A DNA stretch of 40,040 nt from a virus (IMGVR_UViG_3300035649_000033:1-40040), one strand, 5' to 3'. Shown: positions 15,366 through 25,151, counted from the stretch's first letter. Notes: generated by a model from the letters alone, not told the origin. Program-made: numbers and translations.

Positions 15366-15703
15366 CAACATCCAAAGAATATTGCGATGTGATCTGCGAC
15401 GCTATTGATACATATGGCCGAGAGGCACAGACGGATATGTGCATTGAGGAGTGCAGTGAACTAATCAAGGCCCTACTCAAATTACGGCGCTTACCACTGG
15501 AGGAGCGGATTGCTGCAAAAGGTATGAAGGCTCTGGAAAATATCCAAGAGGAGATCGCCGACGTGCAAATCATGCTTTGGCAAATTGACTTGATGTATGG
15601 ATACGGATACGTGGAAGATCAAATCGATAAAAAACTCAATCGGTTGAAAGAGCGAATCAGGGCGGATGGAAAACCAAAAGAGGAGGAGAGCGGGATTGAG
15701 TAA
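15362..15703 (+). CDS. MazG-like nucleotide pyrophosphohydrolase
   Basis: IEECSELIKAL ... QEEIADVQIML: paired EExxE / EExxD helices typical of small all-alpha NTP-PPases. Confidence 0.6.
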   Translation: MTTSKEYCDVICDAIDTYGREAQTDMCIEECSELIKALLKLRRLPLEERIAAKGMKALENIQEEIADVQIMLWQIDLMYGYGYVEDQIDKKLNRLKERIRADGKPKEEESGIE

Positions 15704-15914
15704 ATATTCTTGCAAAGGTGAGGTTGCGGCGAAGTGTCCTTTCTATATCCGAGAATCTTTGCTTTCCATCACCTGCGAGGGTGAGGATGAGCAGGCGGAG
15801 TTCGCTGCAAAATTTAAAACGCAGGCAGAGAAATTGGATTGGCAAAAGAAGCGTTGTTTCCAAGTTCATCCAGACTGCCCTTTTTATCGAACTGCCGCTC
15901 AAAAATACAATTGA
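15696..15914 (+). CDS. Cys-rich small protein (CPFY...C...CPFY)
   Basis: TTG 15696 follows SD ggaggag; ATG 15666 is the alternative start. Confidence 0.5.
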   Translation: MSKYSCKGEVAAKCPFYIRESLLSITCEGEDEQAEFAAKFKTQAEKLDWQKKRCFQVHPDCPFYRTAAQKYN

Positions 15915-15919
15915 GTTTC

Positions 15920-15954
15920 AAAGTGGGGGGAAATATCCTCCCACTTTCTTTTAT
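15920..15954 (+). terminator. Rho-independent terminator closing the early/modification operon
   Basis: aaagtgggggg / cctcccacttt: 11-bp stem with one G-U pair, loop aaatat, then cttttat. Confidence 0.65.
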
Positions 15955-15998
15955 GATTAAATAAGAAACAGTATTTGCGAGCGGGGAAGGGGGCTGGA

Positions 15999-16571
15999 AT
16001 GGTGGAAAATCGGGATTGGAAACGGATCAAAACCGAATACATCACCACCGACACGAGCTACCGAAAACTGGCCGCCAAATACGACGTCCCGATGTCTACC
16101 CTTACCAGAATCGCTATCAAGGAAAAGTGGGTGGAAGCCCGCGAACGGTACAAAAACAAGGTGGTAACAAAAACGGTGGAGAAAATGGCGGCAAAAGAGG
16201 CCAATAAACTGGCGAAGCTCCGCACGATGACAGATAGTATGGTTGACGTTGTGGAGGGAATTTTTAACGATCCTGAACAATTTCAGCGGCATTTGGTACA
16301 AACGCGTGATGGGCAGATTTGGGATGTGGAAGAGCGGGTTTTCAAAAAGATAGATACAAAAGCGATTAAAGATATCACTGCGGCCCTAAAGGATCTTTCT
16401 TCCGTCCTGCGCAACGTCTACGACCTGCCGACGGTGCAGGAGCAGGCTGCCATGGACAACGCGGCCTCCCGCCTGCAGCTTGACCGCGAAAAGGCGGCGG
16501 TGGGCCAAACTGACGACAGTGAAACGGGCGTGGTGATGCTCGCACCGGTGGAAGGCGATGCAGATGGCTAA
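15999..16571 (+). CDS. terS: Terminase small subunit
   Basis: DWKRIKTEYITTDTSYRKLAAKYDVPMSTLTRIAIKEKW (HTH) immediately upstream of TerL. Confidence 0.75.
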   Translation: MVENRDWKRIKTEYITTDTSYRKLAAKYDVPMSTLTRIAIKEKWVEARERYKNKVVTKTVEKMAAKEANKLAKLRTMTDSMVDVVEGIFNDPEQFQRHLVQTRDGQIWDVEERVFKKIDTKAIKDITAALKDLSSVLRNVYDLPTVQEQAAMDNAASRLQLDREKAAVGQTDDSETGVVMLAPVEGDADG

Positions 16572-18012
16572 TATCGTTTGGCAGCCGCAGCCGAAGCAGG
16601 CGGCCTTCATGGCCCGGCCGGAGTACGAATGCCTATATGGCGGCGCGGCTGGCGGCGGGAAGAGTGACGCCCTACTGGCGGAAGCGCTACGCCAAGTGCA
16701 TATTTCGCACTATCGGGCAATTATCTTTCGCAAAACGTACCCACAGTTATCAGAACTGATTGACCGCAGCCGGGCACTCTATGGCCCAGCGTTCCCCCGC
16801 GCGCGGTACAACCAGACGGAGCACTGCTGGACTTTCCCTAGCGGGGCAAAGGTTTATTTCGGGTCTATGCAGTACACGAAAGACCGCATCAACTATCAGG
16901 GAAAGCGGTATGATTTCATCGCGTTTGACGAGCTGACGCACTTCACATGGGACGAATACAGCTATATGTTCTCCCGTAACCGGCCGAGCGGGCCGGGGAC
17001 GCGGGTCTATATGCGGGCAAGCACCAACCCGGGCAGCATCGGCCACGGGTGGGTGAAAGACCGATTTATTACCGCCGCACCGCCGCTGACACCAGTAGAA
17101 GACAATTACGAAGTGCCGGATCCATCCGGGAGGCTTATCAAGCTTAGGCGCCGGCGAATCTTTGTGCCAAGCACCGTATTTGACAATCAGGAGCTGCTGC
17201 GCAATGATCCGAACTATCTTGCCAATCTGGCCATGCTGCCGGAGGCCGAGCGCAATGCGCTGCTCTACGGATCATGGGATAGCTTCGACGGGCAGGTCTT
17301 CCGCGAGTGGCGCAACGATCCGCGGCATTACGATGACCAGCGCTGGACGCATGTTATTGATCCATTTCCAATCCCCAAGCACTGGCGCATTTATCGGGGC
17401 TTTGATTTTGGCTACGCAAAGCCGTTTTCCGTGGGCTGGTTCGCGGTGGATGAAGACGGCCGCATCTATCACATCAAAGAGTATTACGGCTGCACGGGCA
17501 CGCCGAACACTGGAATCAAACTGAACCCCGTAGAGATCGCGGCCGGTATCCGGCAGATGGAGGCGGAAGACCCGGTGTTAAAGGGCAAGCAGATTGTGGG
17601 CATTGCTGACCCGTCCATCTTTGACGAGAGCCGCGGGGAGAGTGTGGCGCGCATGATGCAGCGGTCGCCCAATTTCATTTACTGGCAGGGTGGCGACAAC
17701 ACGCGACTGGCCGGGAAGATGCAGTTTCACTACCGGCTGGCATTTGACAGCGAAGGACTGCCCATGTTTCAGGTGTTCAGCACCTGCAAGCATTTCATCC
17801 GCACGATCCCGACGCTGGTCTACGACGAAAGCAAGGTGGAGGACATCAACACAGACCAGGAGGATCACATCTACGATATGTGCCGGTACGTGATGATGGA
17901 GCACCCGCTTTCGCCGCGCATGAACGAGGACACCCGCAAGCTAGGCAACGATCCGCTGGATCTGCTGCAAGATTCGCAGCAGGCTGATAAATATCGATTT
18001 TACAGGATATAA
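16564..18012 (+). CDS. terL: Terminase large subunit
   Basis: Walker A YGGAAGGGKS; Walker B-like DFIAFDELTH; C-terminal nuclease-like region. Confidence 0.9.
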   Translation: MANIVWQPQPKQAAFMARPEYECLYGGAAGGGKSDALLAEALRQVHISHYRAIIFRKTYPQLSELIDRSRALYGPAFPRARYNQTEHCWTFPSGAKVYFGSMQYTKDRINYQGKRYDFIAFDELTHFTWDEYSYMFSRNRPSGPGTRVYMRASTNPGSIGHGWVKDRFITAAPPLTPVEDNYEVPDPSGRLIKLRRRRIFVPSTVFDNQELLRNDPNYLANLAMLPEAERNALLYGSWDSFDGQVFREWRNDPRHYDDQRWTHVIDPFPIPKHWRIYRGFDFGYAKPFSVGWFAVDEDGRIYHIKEYYGCTGTPNTGIKLNPVEIAAGIRQMEAEDPVLKGKQIVGIADPSIFDESRGESVARMMQRSPNFIYWQGGDNTRLAGKMQFHYRLAFDSEGLPMFQVFSTCKHFIRTIPTLVYDESKVEDINTDQEDHIYDMCRYVMMEHPLSPRMNEDTRKLGNDPLDLLQDSQQADKYRFYRI

Positions 18013-18024
18013 GGAGGACATAAC

Positions 18025-20067
18025 ATGCCCGGAAAGAAACAGAGAAAACAGGAAACACCGATGCCGGAGAAGCAGCCGGAACGGATGCCTAAAGAACCAT
18101 TGGCAGAGCCACTGCACAGCATGGAGGAGGAAGCAGAGCTTGCGGCGCCCCTCATGGAAGAAGAGTTGCCAGAAGGTACGCTCGGAGTTGCCCTTGGCCC
18201 GGAGATGCCTATAGGCGCGCTTGGAAAGATCGGTCAGGAGCAGGTACGCGAAGCGGCTGTTACACTTAAAAAGTATAAGGACGGCAAGGCCAATCTGGAA
18301 GCCCGTATCATTGCCAATGAACAATGGTGGAAGATGCGGCACTGGGATCTCATCAAAGGGAAAGATGACGCAGGGAAATCCCGCCCGGAGCCAGCCTCTG
18401 CATGGCTGTTCAACTCCGTTGCCAACAAGCATGCGGACGCGATGGACAACTACCCGGAGCCGAGCGTGCTGCCGCGCGCGCGGGACGATGAGCAGGCGGC
18501 GAAGCAGCTTTCCGCGATCCTGCCGGTCGTATTGGAACAAAACCAGTATGAGCAAGTCTACTCGGATACCTGGTGGTATAAGCTCAAAACCGGGACAGGC
18601 GTTAAGGGCGTGTTCTGGGATCCGCGCAGGTCGGACGGCCTAGGGGATATCGATGTGCGCAAGGTGGATATTCTCAACCTCTTTTGGGAGCCGGGGATCA
18701 CCGACATCCAGAAATCCCGCAATCTTTTTCACGTGGAGCTGATCGACAACGACCTGCTCATGCAGCAGTACCCGTTTTTGCATTTGGATGCAAGCCAGCC
18801 GAGCGTGCAGGTGAACAAATACGTTTATGACGACAGTGTGGACACATCTGGAAAGTCCGCCGTGATTGACTGGTATTATAAGCTCTACAACGGCGTGCGG
18901 GATGTGCTGCACTACTGCAAATTTGTAAACGACGTAGTGCTTTACGCCTCCGAAAATGACCCGGAGTATGCCGAGCGGGGTTTCTACGATCATGGGAAAT
19001 ACCCCTTTGTGTTTGATACGCTCTTCGAGGAAGAGGGCACGCCCTGCGGGTTTGGGTACATCGACGTAATGAAGGACACGCAGATGTACATTGATAAGAT
19101 GGGGCAGATCGTGATCGAGAACGCCCTGCAAGCGGCCCGTAAGCGGTATTTTATCCGTTCGGACGGCGGCGTGAATGAAAAGGAATACGCAGATCTCCAA
19201 AAGGATTTTGTCCATACGACAGGAAATCTGGGAGAAGACAGCATCCGGGAGATCATGGTCTCCCCGCTGCCCTCTATCTGCGTCGAAATTCTCAACAACA
19301 AAATCCAGGAGCTCAAGGAGACGAGCGGGAACCGGGACTTTTCTCAGGGCGGCACGACCTCCGGCGTAACGGCGGCCTCGGCAATTGCCGCGTTGCAGGA
19401 AGCCGGGAGCAAGCTCTCGCGCGACATGATCAAGAGCGCATACCGTGCCTTCACGCAGGAGTGCTACTTGGTGCTGGAGCTCATGCGGCAATTTTATGAC
19501 GAACCGCGTACCTTCCGGATCACCGGTGAGGGTGGCGGGCAGCAGTTTGAGACATTTGATAATTCCGGGATCCGGCCGCAGGCGCAGGGGCGGGATTTTG
19601 GCCTTGATCTGGGCGAGCGGGTACCGGTTTTTGATATCAAGGTTGCGGCGCAGAAAAAGAGCCCGTTTTCAAAGATTTCGCAGAATGAGCTTGCGAAGGA
19701 ACTCTATGGCGCCGGGATGTTCAACCCGGAAATTGCCGATCAGGCGCTGATTTGCCTCGATATGATGGACTTCGAAGGCAAGGACAAGGTGGTGCAAAAG
19801 GTTTCGCAAAACCAGACGCTTTTGCAGATGGTACAGCAGTTGCAGACGCAGATGCTCCAGATGGCGCAGATCATCGACGCGCAGAATGGAACAACGATTG
19901 CACAGGGAATGGCGGCGGAGCAAACGGGAATGCAGGGGCAGCCAATGCCGGGAGAAGGCGCAGGTGAAGGACAGACGCAGGTAAACGCGCTGGGTGGAGA
20001 ACTGCCCGAGAGCGGCGTTACCAATCAGGCACGGCAGCGCACGGCGCAGATAGCAAATCCGCAGTAA
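18025..20067 (+). CDS. Portal protein
   Basis: 680 aa directly after TerL. ANLEARIIANEQWWKMRHW portal-type N-terminal helix. Q/G-rich flexible C-terminus. Confidence 0.85.
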   Translation: MPGKKQRKQETPMPEKQPERMPKEPLAEPLHSMEEEAELAAPLMEEELPEGTLGVALGPEMPIGALGKIGQEQVREAAVTLKKYKDGKANLEARIIANEQWWKMRHWDLIKGKDDAGKSRPEPASAWLFNSVANKHADAMDNYPEPSVLPRARDDEQAAKQLSAILPVVLEQNQYEQVYSDTWWYKLKTGTGVKGVFWDPRRSDGLGDIDVRKVDILNLFWEPGITDIQKSRNLFHVELIDNDLLMQQYPFLHLDASQPSVQVNKYVYDDSVDTSGKSAVIDWYYKLYNGVRDVLHYCKFVNDVVLYASENDPEYAERGFYDHGKYPFVFDTLFEEEGTPCGFGYIDVMKDTQMYIDKMGQIVIENALQAARKRYFIRSDGGVNEKEYADLQKDFVHTTGNLGEDSIREIMVSPLPSICVEILNNKIQELKETSGNRDFSQGGTTSGVTAASAIAALQEAGSKLSRDMIKSAYRAFTQECYLVLELMRQFYDEPRTFRITGEGGGQQFETFDNSGIRPQAQGRDFGLDLGERVPVFDIKVAAQKKSPFSKISQNELAKELYGAGMFNPEIADQALICLDMMDFEGKDKVVQKVSQNQTLLQMVQQLQTQMLQMAQIIDAQNGTTIAQGMAAEQTGMQGQPMPGEGAGEGQTQVNALGGELPESGVTNQARQRTAQIANPQ

Positions 20068-20081
20068 AGGGAGGATGTATT

Positions 20082-20441
20082 GTGACACAGGTTATTTTTC
20101 GCATTGAGGAAGATCAAAAAATCCCGCATCATAAAAAGTTTAGCTTCTCTTCCATCGGACATGCGGGGTATGGGCCGAAGGGAGCGGATATTGTTTGCGC
20201 CGCTCTTTCTGCGCTCTGCTGCACGCTTACGTACAGCATGGAATTGGCGAAGGAAGAAAATAAAATTCTTGATTTGGATACTCGGTTTGAGGAAGGGAAC
20301 GTGGAGTTAGAAGTTGTTCCTGCTCGTAAGCATGAAGGCGGCACGATACAGGCGTTTGAGACAGTTATCAACGGATACCGCCTGTTGGCTGACAATTACC
20401 CGGATCATGTCCATTTAGATGAGAGCGGGTTCCGATATTAA
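20082..20441 (+). CDS. prp: Prp-family cysteine protease (ribosomal L27-processing protease homologue)
   Basis: SSIGHAGYGPKGADIVCAALSAL matches the GHA..G.DIVCAAVS catalytic His/Cys signature. Located between portal and scaffold. Confidence 0.8.
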   Translation: MTQVIFRIEEDQKIPHHKKFSFSSIGHAGYGPKGADIVCAALSALCCTLTYSMELAKEENKILDLDTRFEEGNVELEVVPARKHEGGTIQAFETVINGYRLLADNYPDHVHLDESGFRY

Positions 20442-20555
20442 AAATTTTCGTCCTCTGCGGCAAAAGTGGGGGGCGGATTTTTTTCATCCTTTTTACAATA
20501 GAGGCATAGGCACAACAAGCCTGACACTTCGGAACAGACGATGGAGGTAAAAAGC

Positions 20556-21512
20556 ATGAAACACACAACATGGCCGCTCAACCTGCAGTTATTTGACGGT
20601 GACGCCGGGGACGGGTCTGCGGGGGCCACGGGCGGAGACCAGGAGGCAGAACCTGCCGACGCCGGGCAGGGACACGGGCGGAAAGGCGATCTTTCACACG
20701 TACAGTACGGCAAGCGCGCAGAGCCGGATAACGGCCCGCCGGAAGACGATGAAGAGAAACCGGAAGAGGAGCAGGACGCCGCTGCTAAAAAAAAGCCCGC
20801 GGACAGAACCGCAGAATTTGAAAAGCTCATTAAAGGTGAGTACAAAGAGGCGTTCGACGCGCGGGTACAAGGGATCATTGACGGACGTTTCCGAGATTTC
20901 AAAACACTGCAGGAGCAGGTAGGCAAACTGCAGCCTGTGCTTCAACTGCTTTCCGGCCGCTACGGCGTGGACGCAACCGACGTGGAAGCCCTTTCCCGTG
21001 CAGTCGAAGAGGATGACGCTTACTACGAAGAAGAAGCGGAACGTCGTGGGCTATCTGTTGACCAACTGAAGGAAATGAAGCGGTTAGAGCGTGAAAACGA
21101 AGCGCTGCGCCGGGCACAGAAAGAGCGAGAGCGGGTAGAGCAAGCCAATCAGGTTTATGCTGATTGGATGCGGCAGGCGGAGGAAGCCAAGCAAATTTAC
21201 CCTTCTTTTGATTTTGAGGAGGAATCGCGCAATAAGATCTTCACAGACCTGCTGCAAAGCGGCGTAAACGTGCGCACAGCTTATGAGGTAGTCCACAAGG
21301 ACGATATCCTCGGAGGCGCAATGCAGTACGCTGCGCAGAAGGCTGCGGAGAAGGTGACCAACAGCGTTCGCACACGCGCAAAACGTCCCGTTGAAAACGG
21401 TGCCGGTGCGCAGGGTGCGTCTCGGCAAGTGACGGATGTCAACAAGCTCCAAAAAGAGGACATATTCGAAATTTTGAGGCGCGTAGAAAAGGGAGAAAAG
21501 ATTTCCTTCTGA
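20556..21512 (+). CDS. Scaffolding protein with N-terminal Prp-type leader
   Basis: MKHTTWPLNLQLFDGD leader. Acidic/coiled-coil body. Located upstream of the capsid gene. Confidence 0.75.
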   Translation: MKHTTWPLNLQLFDGDAGDGSAGATGGDQEAEPADAGQGHGRKGDLSHVQYGKRAEPDNGPPEDDEEKPEEEQDAAAKKKPADRTAEFEKLIKGEYKEAFDARVQGIIDGRFRDFKTLQEQVGKLQPVLQLLSGRYGVDATDVEALSRAVEEDDAYYEEEAERRGLSVDQLKEMKRLERENEALRRAQKERERVEQANQVYADWMRQAEEAKQIYPSFDFEEESRNKIFTDLLQSGVNVRTAYEVVHKDDILGGAMQYAAQKAAEKVTNSVRTRAKRPVENGAGAQGASRQVTDVNKLQKEDIFEILRRVEKGEKISF

Positions 21513-21549
21513 TCTTCCTCCGCGCCAAACACACAGGAGGAAGAAACAT

Positions 21550-22608
21550 ATGAAAACCAAGTTCAAATTGGATCTACAGCTCTTCGCTATGGGCGTGGCA
21601 GCGGCGCAGGCACAGTTGGACCTGCAGATGTTCGCCACGCAGACGACGCTGCTCAACTCTTCCGGGAACGACCTTTCGCCGGAAATGAAGACTTTTTATG
21701 ACAAAACACTGATCACGCTGGCTGAACCGGCTCTGGTGCATGACCAGTTCGGGCAGAAGCGGCCGATCCCCAAAAACGGCGGCAAGACGATTGAATTCCG
21801 CAGGTTTTCCGCACTGCCCAAGGCGTTGACACCAATCACGGAAGGCGTGACACCCGCAGGCAACAAACTCAACGTCTCTGCGATGACCGCCACGGTCAAC
21901 CAGTACGGCGATTATATCGAGCAGTCAGATATTCTGCAGCTGACCGCGATTGATAACACCGTGGTAGAAGCCACCAAAAAGCTAGCTGCACAGGCGGGCG
22001 CGACGATGGATACCGTTGTGCGCAACGAGCTTTGCGGAGGCACCAACGTGATGTACGCGCCGAAATCGGACGGCACAGCAGTCACTACCAGGGCGACGCT
22101 GGACGCAACCTGTAAGGTGACGGTGGATATGATTTTCCGCGCGGCGGCGCTTTTAAAATCCATGAACGCGCAGAAGATCGACGGCAGCTATGTTGCAATC
22201 GTGCATCCGTTCGTGGCCTACGATATCATGATGGGCGCGGGAGATGCGTGGGTGGATATCAACAAGTACGCCAATGCCGAGAAGATCTTTAATGGCGAAA
22301 TTGGAAAGATCGGCGGCGTACGTTTTGTAGAAACGACAGAGGCAAAAATCTGGAAGGGCGCAGGGTGCCCGAGTGGCCTTGCTGTGTTTGCAACTCTCGT
22401 GCTCGGCGCAGATGCCTATGGTGTGACGGAGATTGAGGGCGGCGGCCTGCAGCACATCGTCAAGCAGCTCGGCTATGGCAACGATCCACTTAACCAGCGC
22501 AGCTCCGTCGGCTGGAAAGGAATTAAGGTCGCGAAGCGCCTAGTAGAGGAATACATGGTGCGCATCGAATCCTGCTCCTCCTACAGCACGACGGCGGAAG
22601 CGAACTAA
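21550..22608 (+). CDS. Major capsid protein (N4-gp56-type HK97 fold)
   Basis: TIEFRRFSALPKALTPITEGVTPAGNKL...TATVNQYGDYIEQSDIL pattern. N-terminal LDLQLFA leader. Confidence 0.9.
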   Translation: MKTKFKLDLQLFAMGVAAAQAQLDLQMFATQTTLLNSSGNDLSPEMKTFYDKTLITLAEPALVHDQFGQKRPIPKNGGKTIEFRRFSALPKALTPITEGVTPAGNKLNVSAMTATVNQYGDYIEQSDILQLTAIDNTVVEATKKLAAQAGATMDTVVRNELCGGTNVMYAPKSDGTAVTTRATLDATCKVTVDMIFRAAALLKSMNAQKIDGSYVAIVHPFVAYDIMMGAGDAWVDINKYANAEKIFNGEIGKIGGVRFVETTEAKIWKGAGCPSGLAVFATLVLGADAYGVTEIEGGGLQHIVKQLGYGNDPLNQRSSVGWKGIKVAKRLVEEYMVRIESCSSYSTTAEAN

Positions 22609-22627
22609 AACATAAGGAGGCTATATC

Positions 22628-22960
22628 ATGGCTAAAGCAGCAGCACCGGTTCAGGAACCCGAAACAATGCCGGTTCAGGAGCCTGATATCAACCAGGAGC
22701 AGGAAGGCGGTACAGGCCCTGAAATGGCGAACCCTTGTCTAAAAATGGATCCTATGCAGGAAATGGTGAAAATCAAAATTCCCAGAGATCCGGTGAACAA
22801 GGGTAACGATTCTTTGTTTGTCGCGATCAATGGCCGCAAATTTCTGATCCAGCGGGGGAAAACCGTACAAGTCCCGCGCGCCGTGGCCGAAGTGATCGCT
22901 CACAGCGAAGAGCAGGCGGAAGAGGCCGATTTATTCATCGACGCGAATTCAGAGGCCTAA
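22628..22960 (+). CDS. Head-associated hypothetical protein
   Basis: SD aaggagg. Conserved-looking C-terminus VAINGRKFLIQRGKTVQVPRAVAEVIAHSE. Confidence 0.6.
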   Translation: MAKAAAPVQEPETMPVQEPDINQEQEGGTGPEMANPCLKMDPMQEMVKIKIPRDPVNKGNDSLFVAINGRKFLIQRGKTVQVPRAVAEVIAHSEEQAEEADLFIDANSEA

Positions 22961-22971
22961 CGGGGTATTTT

Positions 22972-23006
22972 GAGGGGGAGGCGGGATTCCGTCTCCCTCT
23001 TTTCTC
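22972..23006 (+). terminator. Rho-independent terminator after the head genes
   Basis: gagggggag...tctccctc stem followed by ttttctc. Confidence 0.55.
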
Positions 23007-23025
23007 ATTTCAGGAGGTGAAAAGA

Positions 23026-23400
23026 ATGACGATTGACGAAGCGATCAAAGAGATTGACGCATTAAAGCCAAACGCTTACCCGGAGGATATCAAGGTGCGC
23101 TGGCTTTCCCGCATAGACGGCACAATCAAGCGGGAAGTGATCGATACGCACGAGGGCGAATCGCAACCCTTTGAAGGATATAGTGAGGATCAGCTCGGCC
23201 AGGGCGTGCAGCTGCTTGCACCGGAGCCGTACAGCGAGATGTACGTGCACTATCTGGCCAGCCAGATCGACCTGCACAATGCAGAAACCGCCCGATACAA
23301 CAATAGTTCTATTGTTTTCAACACGGCGTACCAGACCTTTACGGACTGGTATAACCGAACGCACCTGCCACTGCAGCAGAACAGCATTAGGACGGTATAA
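23026..23400 (+). CDS. Putative head-tail connector/adaptor protein
   Basis: Position and size; ATG follows SD aggagg. No diagnostic motif. Confidence 0.5.
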   Translation: MTIDEAIKEIDALKPNAYPEDIKVRWLSRIDGTIKREVIDTHEGESQPFEGYSEDQLGQGVQLLAPEPYSEMYVHYLASQIDLHNAETARYNNSSIVFNTAYQTFTDWYNRTHLPLQQNSIRTV

Positions 23401-23417
23401 GAGGGAGGAGAAACGCA

Positions 23418-25151
23418 ATGCTTTATCCGCAGATTGGCGAGATTGCCGCATCCCGCGACATGCTCGCGGAATTTCAGGGCTACAACCACACGCAGAGCCT
23501 GAACGACGCGGAATTTTACGATATGCAGAACCTGACGGCCGCGGCCTACCCGACCCTTTCCCCGCGCGGCAGGAGGGGGATCATTCAGACCTTCCGCGAC
23601 CCGCATGCACTGGTTTGCAAAAACAATCTTTGTTGGGTGGATGGAGACCGTTTTTATTACAAGGGCCGGGACGTGGGGCAGGTCAACACGAACGACAAGC
23701 AGCTCGTCTCTATGGGTGCGTACATCCTGATCTTCCCGGACAAAAAGTATTACAATACATCGACCGGAGAATTCGGCAGCCTAGGCGCTAAATTTACTAC
23801 GGTGACGGATGTTTCCTTCACGCTCACTCGTCGGGATGGAGAAGCACTGGAAAATATGACGTCGGGAGCGGAACCGCCGGACGAGCCAAAGAACAAGGAC
23901 TATTGGATCGACACCTCGGATAAGCCGCATGTACTTAAACAGTTTTCCATGCAAACCGGTATGTGGGTACAGGTGCCAACAACATATGTAAAGATCGTCT
24001 CCACCGGGATCGGCAAGAACTTCAAACAATACGACGGCGTGACCATCAGCGGTTGCCAGGACGCGCAATTCAACACGGATATGGTGATCTGGGAATGCAC
24101 GGACGATTCGATCACCGTGACGGGAATCATAGACGAAGCGATCCTGCAGAAGCCCGCAGACGGCTCCGTAACACTGGAACGCAAGATACCGGACATGGCC
24201 TTTGTAACTGAATGTGAAAATCGCCTGTGGGGCTGCTCGCAGGATGGCCATGAAATCTACGCCTGCAAACTGGGTGACCCAACGAATTGGCGGTGTTACA
24301 TGGGCGTGGGATCGGACAGCTACGCGGCCACCATCGGTACAGACGGATTTTTCACAGGCGCATGCTCGCATCTGGGGTATGTGCTGTTTTTCAAGGAGGA
24401 TGTGATTCATAAAATCTACGGCTCTGTTCCTTCGAATTTTCAAGTTAAAGATGTGCGGTGCCGCGGCGTGCATCAGGGCAGCGAAAAAAGCCTGGTGGCG
24501 GTCAATGAAGTGCTTTACTATAAATCCCGCGACAGTGTGTGCGCCTATGACGGGGGTATGCCGGTGAGTGTTTCCCAGGCGCTTGGAAATGTGCGCTATT
24601 CGAGCGCTGTGGCCGGGGCAATCGGGGATAAATATTACATCTCCATGTGTGACGCAGGCGGAAAATACAGCCTTTTTGTGCTCGATACAGGCAAGGGAAT
24701 GTGGCATCGGGAAGACGATACGCAAGTGAAATGGTTTGCCCGGTATGCGGAGGAGCTGTATTTTGTAGACGGGGAAAACCGGCTCTGCGCGGTAAATGGA
24801 ACGACCTCCGTCTTAGACGACGCCGCGCCGGATCCGGCAAAGCTGGAACCGCCGGTGCAGTGGTACGCGGAAACGGGGGATATCGGGATCGACACGCCGG
24901 ACTTTAAATATATTTCCAAGATTCAGCTGCGGCTGTCCGTGGCGCGTGGCGCGCAGTTCAAAGTAGCAATCAGCTACGATTCCTCCGGCGTGTGGGAGAC
25001 AGTTGCATCGGTGCGCACGGCAACAAACCGAATATTTACCTTCCCGTTTGCGGTGCGGCGATGTGGGCACCTGCGCCTGCTGTTATCCGGCACTGGGGAA
25101 TTTAAACTGTATTCCATCTCCAAAATCACAGAGCAGGGGAGCGAAATTTAA
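23418..25151 (+). CDS. Large virion structural protein (beta-propeller-like repeats), neck/tail candidate
   Basis: 577 aa, SD gggaggag. Repeated strand-like segments (YYKGRD, YYKSRD, KYYISM, LYFVDG). Confidence 0.6.
   Translation: MLYPQIGEIAASRDMLAEFQGYNHTQSLNDAEFYDMQNLTAAAYPTLSPRGRRGIIQTFRDPHALVCKNNLCWVDGDRFYYKGRDVGQVNTNDKQLVSMGAYILIFPDKKYYNTSTGEFGSLGAKFTTVTDVSFTLTRRDGEALENMTSGAEPPDEPKNKDYWIDTSDKPHVLKQFSMQTGMWVQVPTTYVKIVSTGIGKNFKQYDGVTISGCQDAQFNTDMVIWECTDDSITVTGIIDEAILQKPADGSVTLERKIPDMAFVTECENRLWGCSQDGHEIYACKLGDPTNWRCYMGVGSDSYAATIGTDGFFTGACSHLGYVLFFKEDVIHKIYGSVPSNFQVKDVRCRGVHQGSEKSLVAVNEVLYYKSRDSVCAYDGGMPVSVSQALGNVRYSSAVAGAIGDKYYISMCDAGGKYSLFVLDTGKGMWHREDDTQVKWFARYAEELYFVDGENRLCAVNGTTSVLDDAAPDPAKLEPPVQWYAETGDIGIDTPDFKYISKIQLRLSVARGAQFKVAISYDSSGVWETVASVRTATNRIFTFPFAVRRCGHLRLLLSGTGEFKLYSISKITEQGSEI

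Noticed and set aside
20455-20490. Terminator between prp and the scaffold gene (aaagtggggggcggattttttt)
   Set aside because: It has a T-run and shares the aaagtgggggg motif, but I could not find a convincing complementary stem.
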